From contig NC_043005.1 in NCBI RefSeq assembly GCF_006345805.1, positions 52,886,001-52,950,000 of the forward strand: a stretch of DNA of 64,000 nucleotides. Reading direction: 5' to 3'. Position numbers and translations under genes: made by a program. The DNA is from Octopus sinensis. Its lineage: Eukaryota. A model generated the notes under the pieces. That model was not told where the DNA came from. It did not search any database and saw only the letters and a program-made list of their open reading frames with translations. Shown piece by piece: positions 24,921 to 37,699 of the stretch. The first letter of the stretch is position 1; each line of letters begins with the position of its first letter.

Positions 24921-26771
24921 ATTATTGGCTGCAAACAATATGGTCTTGATTTCAGTTCTTGTGCTATAACCCCTGTGTTGTACTTGTGAACAAAATAACT
25001 CGCGCAACTAAAGCTTGTCTCAGCTTGCTTGACTTCGATGACGAAGTTCTAGTTCATTTCTTCATTGAAAATACATTCAGCAACAAAAATAAGCATTCCT
25101 TCTTCTGTGATAGCATTAAAAATTGATGAAAGAAAAGAAAAAAAAAAAAAAGAAGAAAAAGAAAGAAAGAGAAAAACTTTGGAGTAACCTAAATCATATT
25201 TCTTAGTTGAGAATTTGGTTCCTGTGGAAATGTGTCAGAAATTGTTTGTTAACTTCATTTTCAATTACTATAATGATGCATTGGTAATTAAGAAATAAAG
25301 GCTCCGATTATTTTAAACTAGGTTTAGTTGAAAAGTAACACAAATGTGATTGATGCTTTGCTGCGGTACTTGGATTGGCCAATATTAGTCTCTGTTGCCA
25401 TCTATGTGGGGAAGAGGGGGGTATTTTTATAATTTTTTTTTTTTGCTACTATTTCTTATACCTCTCATTTTATTATATATTTTTTTTCTCTCTCTTGCTC
25501 ACTTTCTCTGTAATCTATCACTCCTAAATTTCTTCTCCTTCCTCTTGAGACTCCTTGCCCTCTTCTTCCTTGTCATCCTTGATGGCCGCTATCTGAAACT
25601 AACTCACCCACCCTTCTGCACTGGTAACAGTGGTTTGGTTATAATAGTCGCGAATGGAGTAATATTGGGAAAAATTTGATTAAATGCAGGAATAAAAAAA
25701 ATAGATACATAAATAAAAAAAGCCATATTAAGTGCAAAATGCACAGATTGTCAATATAGTTTACTGGTGAAAATACTTATTAGATTTTATTCAATAAAAT
25801 ATCTCAGTACTATATATAAATAAGTATATATGTATTTTAGTGTGTGTGTATATATATATACATACATATGCATGCACACATATACACACATACATGTGTA
25901 TATATGTATTTGCCTCTGTGTTTATGTTGAAGAATTACCACATGCACACACATGTATATACATACATATATACATAAATCTCTTCCTTTTTGAGATTTTT
26001 TTTTCTTGTTCCAACAGAATTTTTTTTGTCTTGATTTTTTTGTTATTGGAAAACGTCGACAAAATTGGATTGCTTGAAAATTATGAAATATGATTTTTAA
26101 AAAATTTTATTTATTTGCTACTTGGCTGCCAATTAGACTTCATTAAACATACTTTGATTTACGCTCAAAATTCAGACTTTTTTTTTTTCATTTTTTTTTT
26201 TTTTAATATTTGACACTCTCACACATGCACAGTCTTACACACACACACACACAAGCTGCTACATAATTCTATTTTGAAATACAGGAACACACACACACAC
26301 ACACCTGCACATTGTCATTATTCGTACACCTAAACTGATAACTAAATCCATTTGTTTTAAAATAATATCTGCTACAAGTCATCTCTCTCTTGCATGACAT
26401 GCCAAGAATCAGGTGAGGTGGGAGGCACCCCCGTCCACCCTAAAAAAAGAAAAATGACAAAACCTTACTGGTTGTAAGTGTGTCTAGGGAGCAGCAAGAT
26501 TGTTCTTTCCCTTTTTTAAATTTTGTTTTATGGGTACTTGTAGAATTAGCTTCTGCTGGTTATGAAACATCTCTTTTTGGTATTTTTGCATAAATGTGTT
26601 TCTTTTTTCTATCCTCATTCGCCTAATCTTTTTACATGTGCATTTGTTAACGTATATGCACACACAAACACACGCATTTATACACACACACACACACACA
26701 CACACGAGTCTGTATAGTATATATATGTATATATATACAAATATACGTTTATACTATTAGGTGTGTATGTA

Positions 26772-26816
<45 letters not shown>

Positions 26817-27653
26817 TATATATATGTAGGACTTGTTATTTTTCATTTACCATATTTTTATGCATTTTTATCTTGTTTGACCCTTGACAACAAGCTTACT
26901 CGAATTTGCTGTCATAATAAATCCATTCCACACCATAACAACAACAACTACAATAATAATAAGTACTTCTGTAGTCATATAATTTAGTTTGATTGACATA
27001 TCTGTTATTCCACAGAAATTTCATTTCTCAAAACATAACAGTCTTCCCTTGTATGTCTTTGAAGAAAAAAAAGAAAAGATTTCTGCAAAAAAGAGAACAA
27101 GGGAACAGAATAGATATAATTCTCTGGATATCCACTTGAGTGAACTTGAATGTTCATTTGGACAGGAAAGCCTTCTCTAAATTGGGAAGGCTTGGGTGGG
27201 TGGATGAGTGGGGTGGCTATGACTCCCCCCACACATGCTGCATTTTCTCTTTTCTTTTTTTCTGACTTCCTAAAGAAAGAATAATGTGGTGGCAGGGTTT
27301 TCTGTTGTTAGTGCTTTCTGCTGGTGTCTTTATTCTAGTGGTGTTTTTTTTTGTTGTTGTTGGCTGTTATTTTGACTGACGGCATGTAAGTCCAATTACA
27401 ATCTGTGCTCTACTTATAAATGACAAGATAAGTTTTGAACCTTAGGGAACTATCTGGCTTACTATCCATCCATACTTGACTTCAACAGTCTCTTTTGTAT
27501 TCGGTATATTAGATGAATGCTATCGTCTTTCTTTTCTTGCAAGTGGGCGACTTATTAGCAACGTCTTCAAAGAAAGAATATGTGCATATGTGTGTGTGTG
27601 TATGTAAATATATATAATGTGCATGTATATATGCATATATATGTGTGTATATA

Positions 27654-27694
<41 letters not shown>

Positions 27695-28415
27695 CATCAT
27701 CGTTGTTTAACGTCTGTCATCTGTGTATGCATGGGTGGGATAGTTGATAGGAGCTGGGTAGGTAGAAGACTATCCCAGGCTACTGTCTGTTTTGGCAGGG
27801 TTTTTACAGCAGAATGCTCTTCCTAACACCAACCATGCTACAGAGTGGACTCAGTGCTTTTTACGTGAGGTTAGTTTTGGCATGGATATGCTTCCAAATG
27901 CCAACCACTTTACAGTATGGACTGGATGCTTTTTATGGTGGTCACAATGTGCGTTGCATTAGCATTGTTAGCCTTCGAATGATGCAACCCTGCTGGTTAC
28001 GTGGACAGGCCAACATTCTCTACTGATCAAGATGGGGATGGAGACTACTAAAGCCATGATAAATGGAGTATTTTGCTCAAGAACACAATGCATCCCACAC
28101 TACACTTCCCTCAGTCTGGAAATCGAAACTAAAATGTTTTTTTCTTTTGTTGTTGTGTACTTCTGATTAACATGGTCAGACTGACATATGATCAAAGAGA
28201 GTCCAGGTGTGACTATCCGTTTTTTGTTGAGGGAGATTTGATTGCTGTTTTGCGAGTGGGGTAACCACATAGAAGTTTCTGCATTGATTCTATCATTAAA
28301 TTACTGGTGTGCTCCGAATCAATGAAGTTTCTTTTATCAGATGACTTTCAATGAATCTCTTGTTCTAAATTAGAATCTACTAACTATTGCTTTTCTTCCT
28401 TTTCTCTTTACACAG

Positions 28416-28638
28416 GTCAAAAGAAGATAACAAAGAGACTGAAGAGCGAAAGAGAACCTTCTCTGACCGACAAAAATCCTTGGAAGAGAAGAAAGCTCAG
28501 CAGCTGAAAGAGGAAGCTGAGAGAAACAAAATTGAAGAAGAGAGGCGAATCAAAAGAGAGGCAAAACGAAAAGAAAAGAAGGATCGTGAAAGGCGAGAGT
28601 CTATGCAGTTTCAAAAAATTGAGGAACAGAGAAATGAA
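28416..28638 (+). CDS. internal coding exon, E/K/R-rich helical segment (probably of the HP1-like gene)
   Basis: Strong acceptor TTTTCTTCCTTTTCTCTTTACACAG and donor AA|GTCAGT. Phase 2 to 0. Reads SKEDNKETEERKRTFSDRQKSLEEKKAQQLKEEAERNKIEEERRIKREAKRKEKKDRERRESMQFQKIEEQRNE. Coding-like composition stops at the donor. Gene assignment is inferred. Confidence 0.85.
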
Positions 28639-29317
28639 GTCAGTTACTATGGACCTAACTTTTCAGTACATCCTGCATTAACTAGTAAGAACATTAATTT
28701 TTGTTTTGTCTTTTTTTTAAAATCTTGTTGTTGTTCTACAAATCCAGGCAAGGGCCACCTTTTGCTAGAAGTGGGCTGCATCAGACATGACTCGTTATCA
28801 AGCAGGTCAAACTACTAAAAAAAAATTCAAGGTAATCCTTCATTAGATGTGTCACTCGGAAATACTTGCAGTTTGTCTGTACTAGTCGACCCTGGCTCAG
28901 CAAATCTTTATTTTATTTAAGGCAGAAGAATGTAATTTAAAGGAGCTTCGGCTGCTGCTTCTTGCAGGTTATGTGACTGCTTGTGGATTAATGTAAAAGA
29001 AATAAAAAGCATTCTTGAAGCTGCTGAAAAAACTATATGGCTTCTATCTTATCTTATTAATTTCGCTGTCTAAAAAGTAGTTACATTATTGATAATAATA
29101 ATAATGGCTTCAAATTTTGGCTCAAGGGCCAGCAAATGTACAGTCCTGCTGACTCATAAGGGTCAGTTTCCCAGTTTCAAGGCATATGAATTCCTCACCT
29201 GGGCGAGATGCTGGCCTGTCACATGATTACTCAGTTTTTTCAGCTGAGTGGACAGGAGCAACATGAAATGAAGTGCTTTGCTTAAGAACATAGTGCGTCG
29301 CCCAGTCCAGGAATACA

Positions 29318-29860
29318 TAGTGGCATTTTGTCCATCTTTATGTTCTGAGTTCAAATTCTGCCAAAGTCAACTTAGCTTTTCATCCATTCAGGGTTGATAA
29401 AATAAATTAAGCACCTTTTGAGCACTTGGGCTGATCTAATCGACCTATTTCTTCCCTGAAGTTGCTGACCTTGAGTCAAAACTTCAAAGTGCTTTTATTA
29501 TTAAGGTGGTCAGCTGGCAGAATTGTTAACTATACTGTAGAAAACGCTTAGCACCCTTTCATCCATCTTTTATGTTCCGATGTCAGATTCCACCGAGGTT
29601 GATTCTGCCTTTCATCCATTCAGGGCTGATGAAATAAGTACCTGTTATGCACTCAGAGTCAGTGTAATCGACTTACATCCTCCCACCAACTTGTTGGCCC
29701 TTACGTTCTGAGTTCGAATTCAGCCCAGGTTGACTTTGCCTTTCATCCTTTCAGGGTTGAAAAATTAAGTATCTGTGAAACGCTGGGGTCAGTGTAATTG
29801 ACTAGTTCTCTGCCCACAAATTTGAGGCCTTGAGCCTCCAGCAGAAAGGATTATTATTAA
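29318..29860 (+). mobile_element. head-to-tail trimer of family C SINEs
   Basis: Three TTCTGAG/TTCCGATG...CTTTCATCC...CAGGG..GA...TAAT.GAC cores at ~29318, 29503 and 29701, with (TTA)n tails at 29496 and 29850. Confidence 0.85.
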
Positions 29861-30926
29861 TAATGTAATTACTTTTTAGACAGTGATATTAATAAGACGA
29901 AAAAATAAATGCTGCATAGTTTTCTAGCAGCTTCAGAAATGCTTTTTAATTTTCTTTTTAAATTGGTGGTGGTGCTGGAAAATTGCTTGGTTTTTTTTTT
30001 CTTCATTTTCTCTTTATTAGAAAGAGAAGCAAAATGAAGAATTCTCTATTGTTGTCATATCAAATATCCATTTGTTATTACCTTTGTTGAGGTGGGTGGG
30101 TTACTTTAGTTCATTACATATTATTGCTTCCCTACAGCTTGGAGATATGCTGGTCCTCTTATACTTCTTTCAAGGCAAGGAAACATTGATGTGGTTCTTT
30201 AGCATCAGGTTAGCCCTGATCAAAGCACACCTGTGATTGAAGACATCCCTGCCATAACTGTCCCATTTTAAGATGGTGTATCTTGGATCTCATTATCCAG
30301 TTTGACACCTTTTTTCTTTTATCTTGGTGTATATGTGTGTGTGTGTGTGTGTTGAAGATTTAGCTTCTGTTTCTTGGTTGAGCAACTGTTGGCTTGTTTA
30401 GCATATTGTTTAGGCCCATGCCAGCCCTGATCTTGACTGATCTATAGATTATCCTCTGCTTTTGTGTGTGTGTATTTGACTGCTATTTCGAGCAGGTTAG
30501 GTAACCACCTTAAGACTACTCATTGCTTTATTTCATAATAAAATAATCTTTATCTGAATACTATAGTGTAAGACATAATCTCTGGATCAGCTATGACTGT
30601 AAGCCAGTTTTAAACCTGAACAGTCACATAATCAAACTTTCAAAGCTACAAGTTAATGCATAATTAATTCAAAACAATGTAAATAAGCAAACATTGCATG
30701 TGACAGGGTAATCTGAATGCTAAAGGGTAAAATCTGCACATGACCTAGTGGTTAAGGTGTTGGACTTGTGATTGTAAGATTATAGTTTCGATTCCTAGAC
30801 CCAGCAACACATTGTGATCTTGAGCAAAACACTTCATTTCATGTTGCTCCAATCCACTAAGCTGGCAACAATGAGAAATTCTATGACAGACCGGCATCAT
30901 GTCCAGGTGGGGAGTATATGTATGTA

Positions 30927-30960
<34 letters not shown>

Positions 30961-31343
30961 CATACATACGTACACCGTGGAAACTGTAAAACCAGCCCTA
31001 TGAGTTAATATGACTCAAGAAGGATCATTCTAAATCTGTAAAGTATCACCCTTGGTTGGGGAGATTTGGCGGGCATGGCTGTGTGGTTAGGGAGCTTGCT
31101 TCCTAGCTACATGGTTTCGGGTTCAGTCCCACTGCGTGGCACTTTGGGTAGGTGTCTTCCACTATAGCCCCGAGCCGACCGGAGCTTTGTGATTGAATTC
31201 GCTAGGTGGTAGTTACTGCCATGTGTGTATATGTGCATATAGCTGCTCAGTGCCTCTCCGAAAGAGAGAGAGGGTACCAGTGTAAAACTGGTGCAATATA
31301 ATTGATGATGCCCACCTTGGAAATATGTAACCTTTTATTAGTA

Positions 31344-31677
31344 TCTCTCTCTATATAAACGGCAGTTTGTCTGTGCGTTTTCTGTGTGTCTGTTTTCTCG
31401 TACCCTCACTCTGACCACAGCTTTCAACCGATTCTGATGAAACTTGACACACACATAGCCCAATGTCATAATTCAAAACTAACGCAGCGAAAATTTTGAA
31501 AAGTTCCCTCAGTTCTGAAAAAAATCGATAAATTCGACAGGGGGTCGAGAATCAGAAACCCAAACCACAGACCGTCTAGGGGACGCAACTCCACCTTTTT
31601 TAATTCTCAAAACTGCTTTTAACTGCTTTATAGTTATTTCCCTTACAAACCTGAGCAACGCCGGGCGATACTGCTAG
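31344..31677 (+). mobile_element. non-autonomous Helitron, 334 bp
   Basis: A|TCTCTCTCTATATAAAC 5' end and GC-rich subterminal GCAACGCCGGGCGATACTG followed by CTAG|T. Inserted between A and T with no TSD. Confidence 0.88.
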
Positions 31678-32407
31678 TTGGAAATAATTGTTTTAAGGAA
31701 AGTGGATAGTAGTGTTGGTAGAGCAAAATATTTTATGGCATTTAATCTCAATTTCTTAAAAACCCTGAAGCCTAAATCCTTATATAGCCTTTGGTCATCC
31801 AAAGTTTATCATCAGTTGTGTTGGAGTCATTTAAATCTTGTTCTTCTGTTGAAAGAAACCAAAAGTAGCAGGTTCAGATCACAGAGTTTGTCTACACACT
31901 TGTCTCTAATTCATTTCTTACAAAGGCACCATGTAACACGAACTTTTGACAGTAGTGTAAGGTGCAATATTGGCATTTATAAAAGGTATTAAAAATTGCT
32001 TACAGTATCTGCTTCTGTGTAAAACAACTACCATCTACGCTAACACATCACTAACTGCAACAATAATCATCATCATTTAGCATCCACTTTTCCATGCTTG
32101 CATGAGTTTGGCAAAGTTTGAGGCAGATTCTCTGTGGCTGTATGCCCTTCCTGTCACCAACTCTCACCTGTCTTTAAGCAAGGTAATATTTCCCATGGCC
32201 AGACATCTTTTTTTTTTGTCATAAAAGACTGGAAATTTAAATACATCAACTAAATGAAATATACTCATACACATACATGAATGCCCAGGAACATATATAA
32301 TAAAGATTTACAATAGAAATTCAATCAAAACTTGTCACCCACCTTAAAGGTAAATTAAAATTAGAAGTAAATAAAAAGTAAGTTTGAAAAATATTTATAC
32401 AATCTCA

Positions 32408-33682
32408 TCATACAATATTTCTATCATGGAAAGTTGTAAAACATTCTACTCTACATACTGCAACCTTGTAGAATGCACACTGGAAGGATGTTTCAACTGG
32501 CAGTCCACTGGGAGTTTTTCTTTGTTGATAGACATTCACGGTGCTGCCTTTTGGAACCCCTGATTTTTTCTAATTTATGGAGACTGGCTGAACTCAGAAT
32601 GATATGTCTCTGGTAGGCCTTGCTTTTCCTTCCTGCAGTTATTTTTTTGGAAGAATAACCTGCCCTCAACTGTGTTGTTATATCTGCTCGGAACTGCAGA
32701 TGGTCGCACCGCTTGCAAGTCACTTCTGATTTGGTATACAATATAAATGCATTTACAATGCTCATGTTTACTATATACCAAAACCAGGTATCGCCACCAT
32801 TTATTACTAGGTCTACCAACCAGATAATAACTAATCATCTGGTTCAGCCAATCCACACCACCCATGTACCTGTTATAATCAAGGTTCACAAACAGGGTGC
32901 CATTTTCGTCTACACATGGTTGTGCACTGGTAGATAGAAAATTTATCTGCCTCTTATCTCTGTATCCAGTCACTAGCAGATTTTCTTTCTGCCGTTGGAT
33001 TATTTCACCTCTTTCTTTTAATTTTGTTTTTTTTATATCCATCAGCAGCCCTTTGCAATTACTGTAGAATACATATACGTTATCACATCTTCTAAATCCA
33101 CCGCAGGTTTGATCGAACTAAAAAAATTGGTCAAAAAATAACATATGGCCTTGGTTATGGTATGGAAGTGATAAATTTCAGACCACATCGTACCCTAGGC
33201 CATGCTGACTAACATATTATTTTCCCTGTACAAAAACTAAATCCACAGCCGTACCCAGTATTTGTTTCACAAATTTTTCAAACTTTGATTCCCTATTTCG
33301 TGGGCTTTCCTGGCATATATTGTTTGCTTATATTCTGTGTAACGGTTTGTTTCCTTAGTGATTGCTTTAAACAAGAATACTGGAAAAATAAGAAAAATCT
33401 AATGGTTTCGCTTCCTGAGAAAGACTATGGGTAGACCTTATCTCCTCAGAAAAATTGCTAATAAAAACATTTTTTAAGCTTTTACTCCATTCCGATGTAA
33501 AATTGTCTTTGTTCCTTCAGAATTGCTGCTTTTGGTTTCGAATACAGAAATATCTGATTCATTCTCGTACACCATGTGCTTTTGTACCACATTCATTCCT
33601 TTTCTTGATATCTTCATATCTTCTGTTGAAAAAAACCTTCAAAATTAGAATCACTGCTTGATAGCATGGAACTCCTATCCAC
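32408..33682 (-). pseudogene. piggyBac (PGBD4-like) transposase relic
   Basis: DRSSMLSSSDSNFEG...SEWSKSLKNVFISNFSEE...KPLDF...ITKETNRY^KQYMPGKPTK*GIKV...NFFSSIKPAVDLE...RDKRQINFLST...YNRYMGGVDWLNQMISYY...KWWRYL...NMSIVNAFILY...ETSFQCAFYKVAVCRVECFTTFH* (C-terminal Cys-rich domain). Many frameshifts. Confidence 0.9.
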
Positions 33683-33923
33683 TTTTAAAGTTGAAAAAAT
33701 GTCAAAAAAACTCCCAAAATTCACTGAGTTCAGATATCACGTCAAACAATGTTGGATACTATAACTCAACTATTTACAAAGTGATATCACGTATTTTCAC
33801 GAATGTACTAATGAGATTTGTGTTTAAATTCATATTTAAATAACAATGGGTACTCTCAGCCAGGTTGGTCTTATGAACCAAAAAATTTTGGGGTTGGCTA
33901 CGGTCTGGCTGGTATTGAAAGGG
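32408..33923 (-). mobile_element. internally deleted piggyBac element, 3' terminus not found
   Basis: 5' terminus is GGTATTGAAAGGG|TTGA (degenerate TTAA). 33097-33923 is homologous to 34733-35578. Confidence 0.88.
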
Positions 33924-34295
33924 TTGAGCAGTTTCTGGTGTGATCTTAATCATCCCTGATGAGCATCACACATTATTCTTTCAACTGTAAGTTTAGGTCT
34001 TGAAATTTTGGGAAAGGTGGCCAGTCTATTACACCAACCCCAGTGCCTGACTGATACTTTCTGTGTATACCTTAAATCTCACAATGTATTAGACCACCTC
34101 TGCTTCTAGATTGCAAAGATACCGACTTGGAATTTTTATTTTTTAAAACTAAAACCCTCCATGATTTTATATAAGAACACAAGTATACCATTAAATGAAA
34201 ACAGTTATTTTAGTGAATTCTTACAAATTCCTTATCTTGAAAATTAGCTGAAATAATTAGTGATTTTCATTAAAAATGCAGCTGTGAATGTTTAA

Positions 34296-35578
34296 CCCTT
34301 TCGTTACTATATTTCTGACCAAAATACACCCCTCATGAGTTTCAATTAAATTCTAAAATAATCATGAATTTAGGCTTGTTTCATTAAATAACTGTAACTT
34401 TTTTACTTATCAACATTTTAATGTGATATTTGGAACATAATTAAAGGAAGGGTTCTTAATCAATTCTATTGCATAACTTTTGACTCAAAGTGACTTTAAT
34501 TACAGGTAAATCCAGGTAAATTGAGCAAAAGGTAAAAATATTAAAATTTTAAATTGAGCAAAAGGTAAAAAATAAAAATTTTGTTTAAACATCACTATAG
34601 AAAATGAATCATCAGCTAATATTCAAATGGGTATGCAACAAAATTTTGATAAAGAAGAATTGTGCACATCAGTTGAATTTAATGCACAACAGGTGTACCA
34701 TAAAGGTGGAATAAACTGAAATATTGGAATCCACCGTAAGTTTGACCGAACTAAAGAAATCGGTCAAAAAATAATATACGGCCCTGGTTATGGTATGGAA
34801 GTGATAAATTCCAGACCACATCGTTCCCTAGGCCATGCTGACTAACATTAGTTTCCCTGTATAAAAACTAAATCCACAACAGTACCCAGTATTTGCTTCA
34901 CAAATTTTCCAAACTTTGAACCCCCATTTTGTGTTTGTTTACAATCTGCGTAAGTTTGTTTCCGAAGTGATCGCTTCAAACTAGCATACTGAAAAAAATA
35001 AAAGTCTAATGGTTTCACTTCCTAAGAAAGGCTATAGATAAACTTTATCTCCTCAGAAAAATTGCTAATAAAAACATTTTTAAGGTTTTTTTACTTCATT
35101 CCGATGTAAAAATCGTCTTCGCTGTCGCCTTCGCCGCTTTGTTTCTTCGGAAGGCGCTGCTTTCATTTTCGGATAAAAAAATATTCATTATTTTTTACAC
35201 TTCGTGCTTTAGTACCTATTTTATTCTTTTTCTCGATATCTCCCTATTTTCCGTTGAAAAAGCTTTAAATTTGGAATCAATGCTTGATAACATGAAACTC
35301 CTATCCATTTTCAAAGTTGAAGAAAAATCGATGCCGTAAAACATGTGGAAAAAAATCTCCCAAAATTCACTGAGTTGAGATATCACTTCAAGCAACGTCG
35401 GATACTATAACTTAACTATTTACAATGTGAAATCACATGTTTTAACGAATGTACCAACGAGATTTGGGTTCAAATTACATTTAAATAACAATAGGTTCTC
35501 ATGGCCGGGTACGGCCGGCTTGGTACTTTGAACCAAAAAATTGTTCGGCCGGCTACGGCCGGGTTAGTAACGAAAGGG
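34296..35578 (-). mobile_element. 1283-bp non-autonomous piggyBac with intact termini
   Basis: TTAA|CCCTTTCGTTAC...GTAACGAAAGGG|TTAA. Minus strand keeps MDRSFMLSSIDS (ATG 35308), TKWGFKVWKICEANTGYCCGFSFYTGK and HGLGNDVVWNLSLPYHNQGRILFFDRF. Direct repeat AAATTGAGCAAAAGGTAAAAA x2 near 34517-34572. Confidence 0.95.
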
Positions 35579-35582
35579 TTAA

Positions 35583-35802
35583 GCCGTTGGCATTCAAATT
35601 ACTCTGTCAAATTTAATGCTTATTTGCTAACATTGTTTTGAATTAATCATGCATTATCTCATAGCTTTGAGATTTCAGTGATGTGAATGTTTAACTTTAG
35701 AATGACATTGCAGGGTAGGTGTGGGAGGCCAGATCTGGCTGTTTTGAACATAAACAGGTAGAATTTTGAGGCTACATGTGGTTAGTTTAAATGCTTGAAG
35801 GA
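35583..35802 (+). mobile_element. piggyBac-like MITE (8620 family) sharing the TTAA of the adjacent element
   Basis: GGCATTCAAATTACTCTGTCAAAT...GTTTAAATGCTTGAAGG starts immediately after TTAA 35579-35582. Confidence 0.8.
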
Positions 35803-37149
35803 GTAAGAGCATCGTTGTTCAGTAACAAACCCAGACTTTATGAACTTGTTGTTGTTAATGGAATATATGTTTTTAATTCCATTTTATCATATTAATCAGA
35901 AATGGAAATCTTTGTATATGAGTTTTGACTGCTTTTTAAATTGTTTTACTAAATATCCATAACGAGGCCACATGTTACACACATTCATTATTGCAGGAAT
36001 TTTAAATAATTTTAATGGGATGTTTTACTACTGACATATTGGTGAGAAATAAATTAAGGTACCACTTAAAAAGCACCTGGATTGTACAAAGCACCCAGCA
36101 CATTCTGTTAAGTGGTTGGCATTAGGAAGGGTATCCAGCCATAGAAACCAAGCCTCGACAGACAGCTGGAGTCTGGACAGCTACCTGCTAGCCAGATCCA
36201 TGTCAAACAGTCCAACCCATCCCAGCATGGGAAGCGGATTTTAAACAATGATTATTTTCAAATCATATTCATTGTGATGTTTTATGAAAGATGGATTTAG
36301 GATGAAAACATCTGCGATTCAGTACAGATTCACAACCTGGTGCTGGGATATTTATTCCTATCACATTCACCCAAGAAAGCTTTCATCTCATTTTCATTAG
36401 TATCATACCATCTTCTGTCAGCAAGGGAGTAATGATGTTCTCTACATTTTATGGTGTGTGTACAGTTTGTAAATATGTTTGGAAAAGTATGTTTTGAAAA
36501 TTTGAATGTCTAATCTCTCTCTAATTTTGGCACATGTCCTGGTGTTGACCCTGAAAGCTTCAGGGAAATTTACAGCATGTGTTATTTTCTATACTGTTTG
36601 CACTCTTCCTTTTCATAACTGACACCAGAATTCTATGTCCATGTTGTTTACGTTAAAATTGAAACCTTTTCTCTAATTATTTGCTGCATTCTGAGAGAGG
36701 GGAAACTTTTAAATTTGTTGTTGGAACTGGTTTGTGTCAATCAAGTTGTGAAAAATGTACAAGTAAAGAAACCACTGTAGCTAGCTATTATGTACTAAAA
36801 TTGTATGCCAAAAGTTAATAATGCCAATTGTAAAAGGTTTTTCAATTGGCCACTGTAAGAAATTTCCATAGCAACTAAATATATAAACCAATAAAATACA
36901 AGTTTTATAAGGGAATGTCTATAATCACAAGATGTTTCATGATTGGCTGTAGGCAGGTAGTTTTCTTGCTGCAGATATCTCGTGACAAATTAAAATGGCA
37001 AAGTGCCAAATAACAAGATATCTTGTCATTTGAGGTTAGGGCAGTGGTGTTGCCGAAATAGTTGTGCATTTAATGAAATGCCTCGGAGGTGACAGGAACA
37101 TTAGGCTTAAAAAAGAAAAAAAATGCCTAAATGCCATTTAGAATCTCTC

Positions 37150-37692
37150 TCTTGGAGTTTAATTCCTACTGGGGTTAACTTGGTCTTTTATTTATTCAAT
37201 GTTGATACAATAATACCAACCATGTTTTGGGGTTGATTCTATCAGTTTTACACCCTACCACCACCACCACCACCACCACCATTATATGTTAGAAAATGCA
37301 ATTAAAAACAGCAAGCTGGAACATTTTGATTTTTCCAGCTTCTAGGGTCAAATTCCAGTTTGATTATCTTGGCTTTTCATGCTTCTGGGAGCAATAAAAC
37401 AGTACTAAGTTGGAATCAGTTGAATCAACTTGTACTTGCCAAGAATTGGCATCATGCCTAGGTGAAAACCATTATTATTAAGGCAGCAATCTGGCTGAAT
37501 TGTTAGCACGCCAGACACAATGCCTAACTGCATTTCATGTCTTTATGTTCTGAGTTCAAATTACGTTGCAGTTGACTTCATCTTTTGAAGTCGATAAAGA
37601 TAAATACCAGTTGAATACTGGGGTCAATGTAACCGATTTAGTTCCTTCCCCTGAACTTGCTGGCCTTGTACCAAAATTTGAAATCATTATTA
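37150..37692 (+). mobile_element. head-to-tail cluster of family C SINEs (2-3 copies)
   Basis: The clearest copy (37480-37692) starts right after the ATTATTATT tail of an older copy. A third degenerate core lies at ~37150-37260. Confidence 0.7.
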
Positions 37693-37699
37693 TTCATTC

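Noticed and set aside
30021-30091. Strong acceptor followed by KEKQNEEFS..., donor GAG|GTGGGT
   Set aside because: The second half reads like intron (SIVVISNIHLLLPLL), and phase 0 to 2 does not solve the phase gap. Left unannotated.
34587-34720. Open frame NITIENESSANIQMGMQQNFDKEEL... inside the 1283-bp piggyBac (captured exon?)
   Set aside because: It is under 50 codons, antisense to the element's presumed 3' region, and has no independent support.
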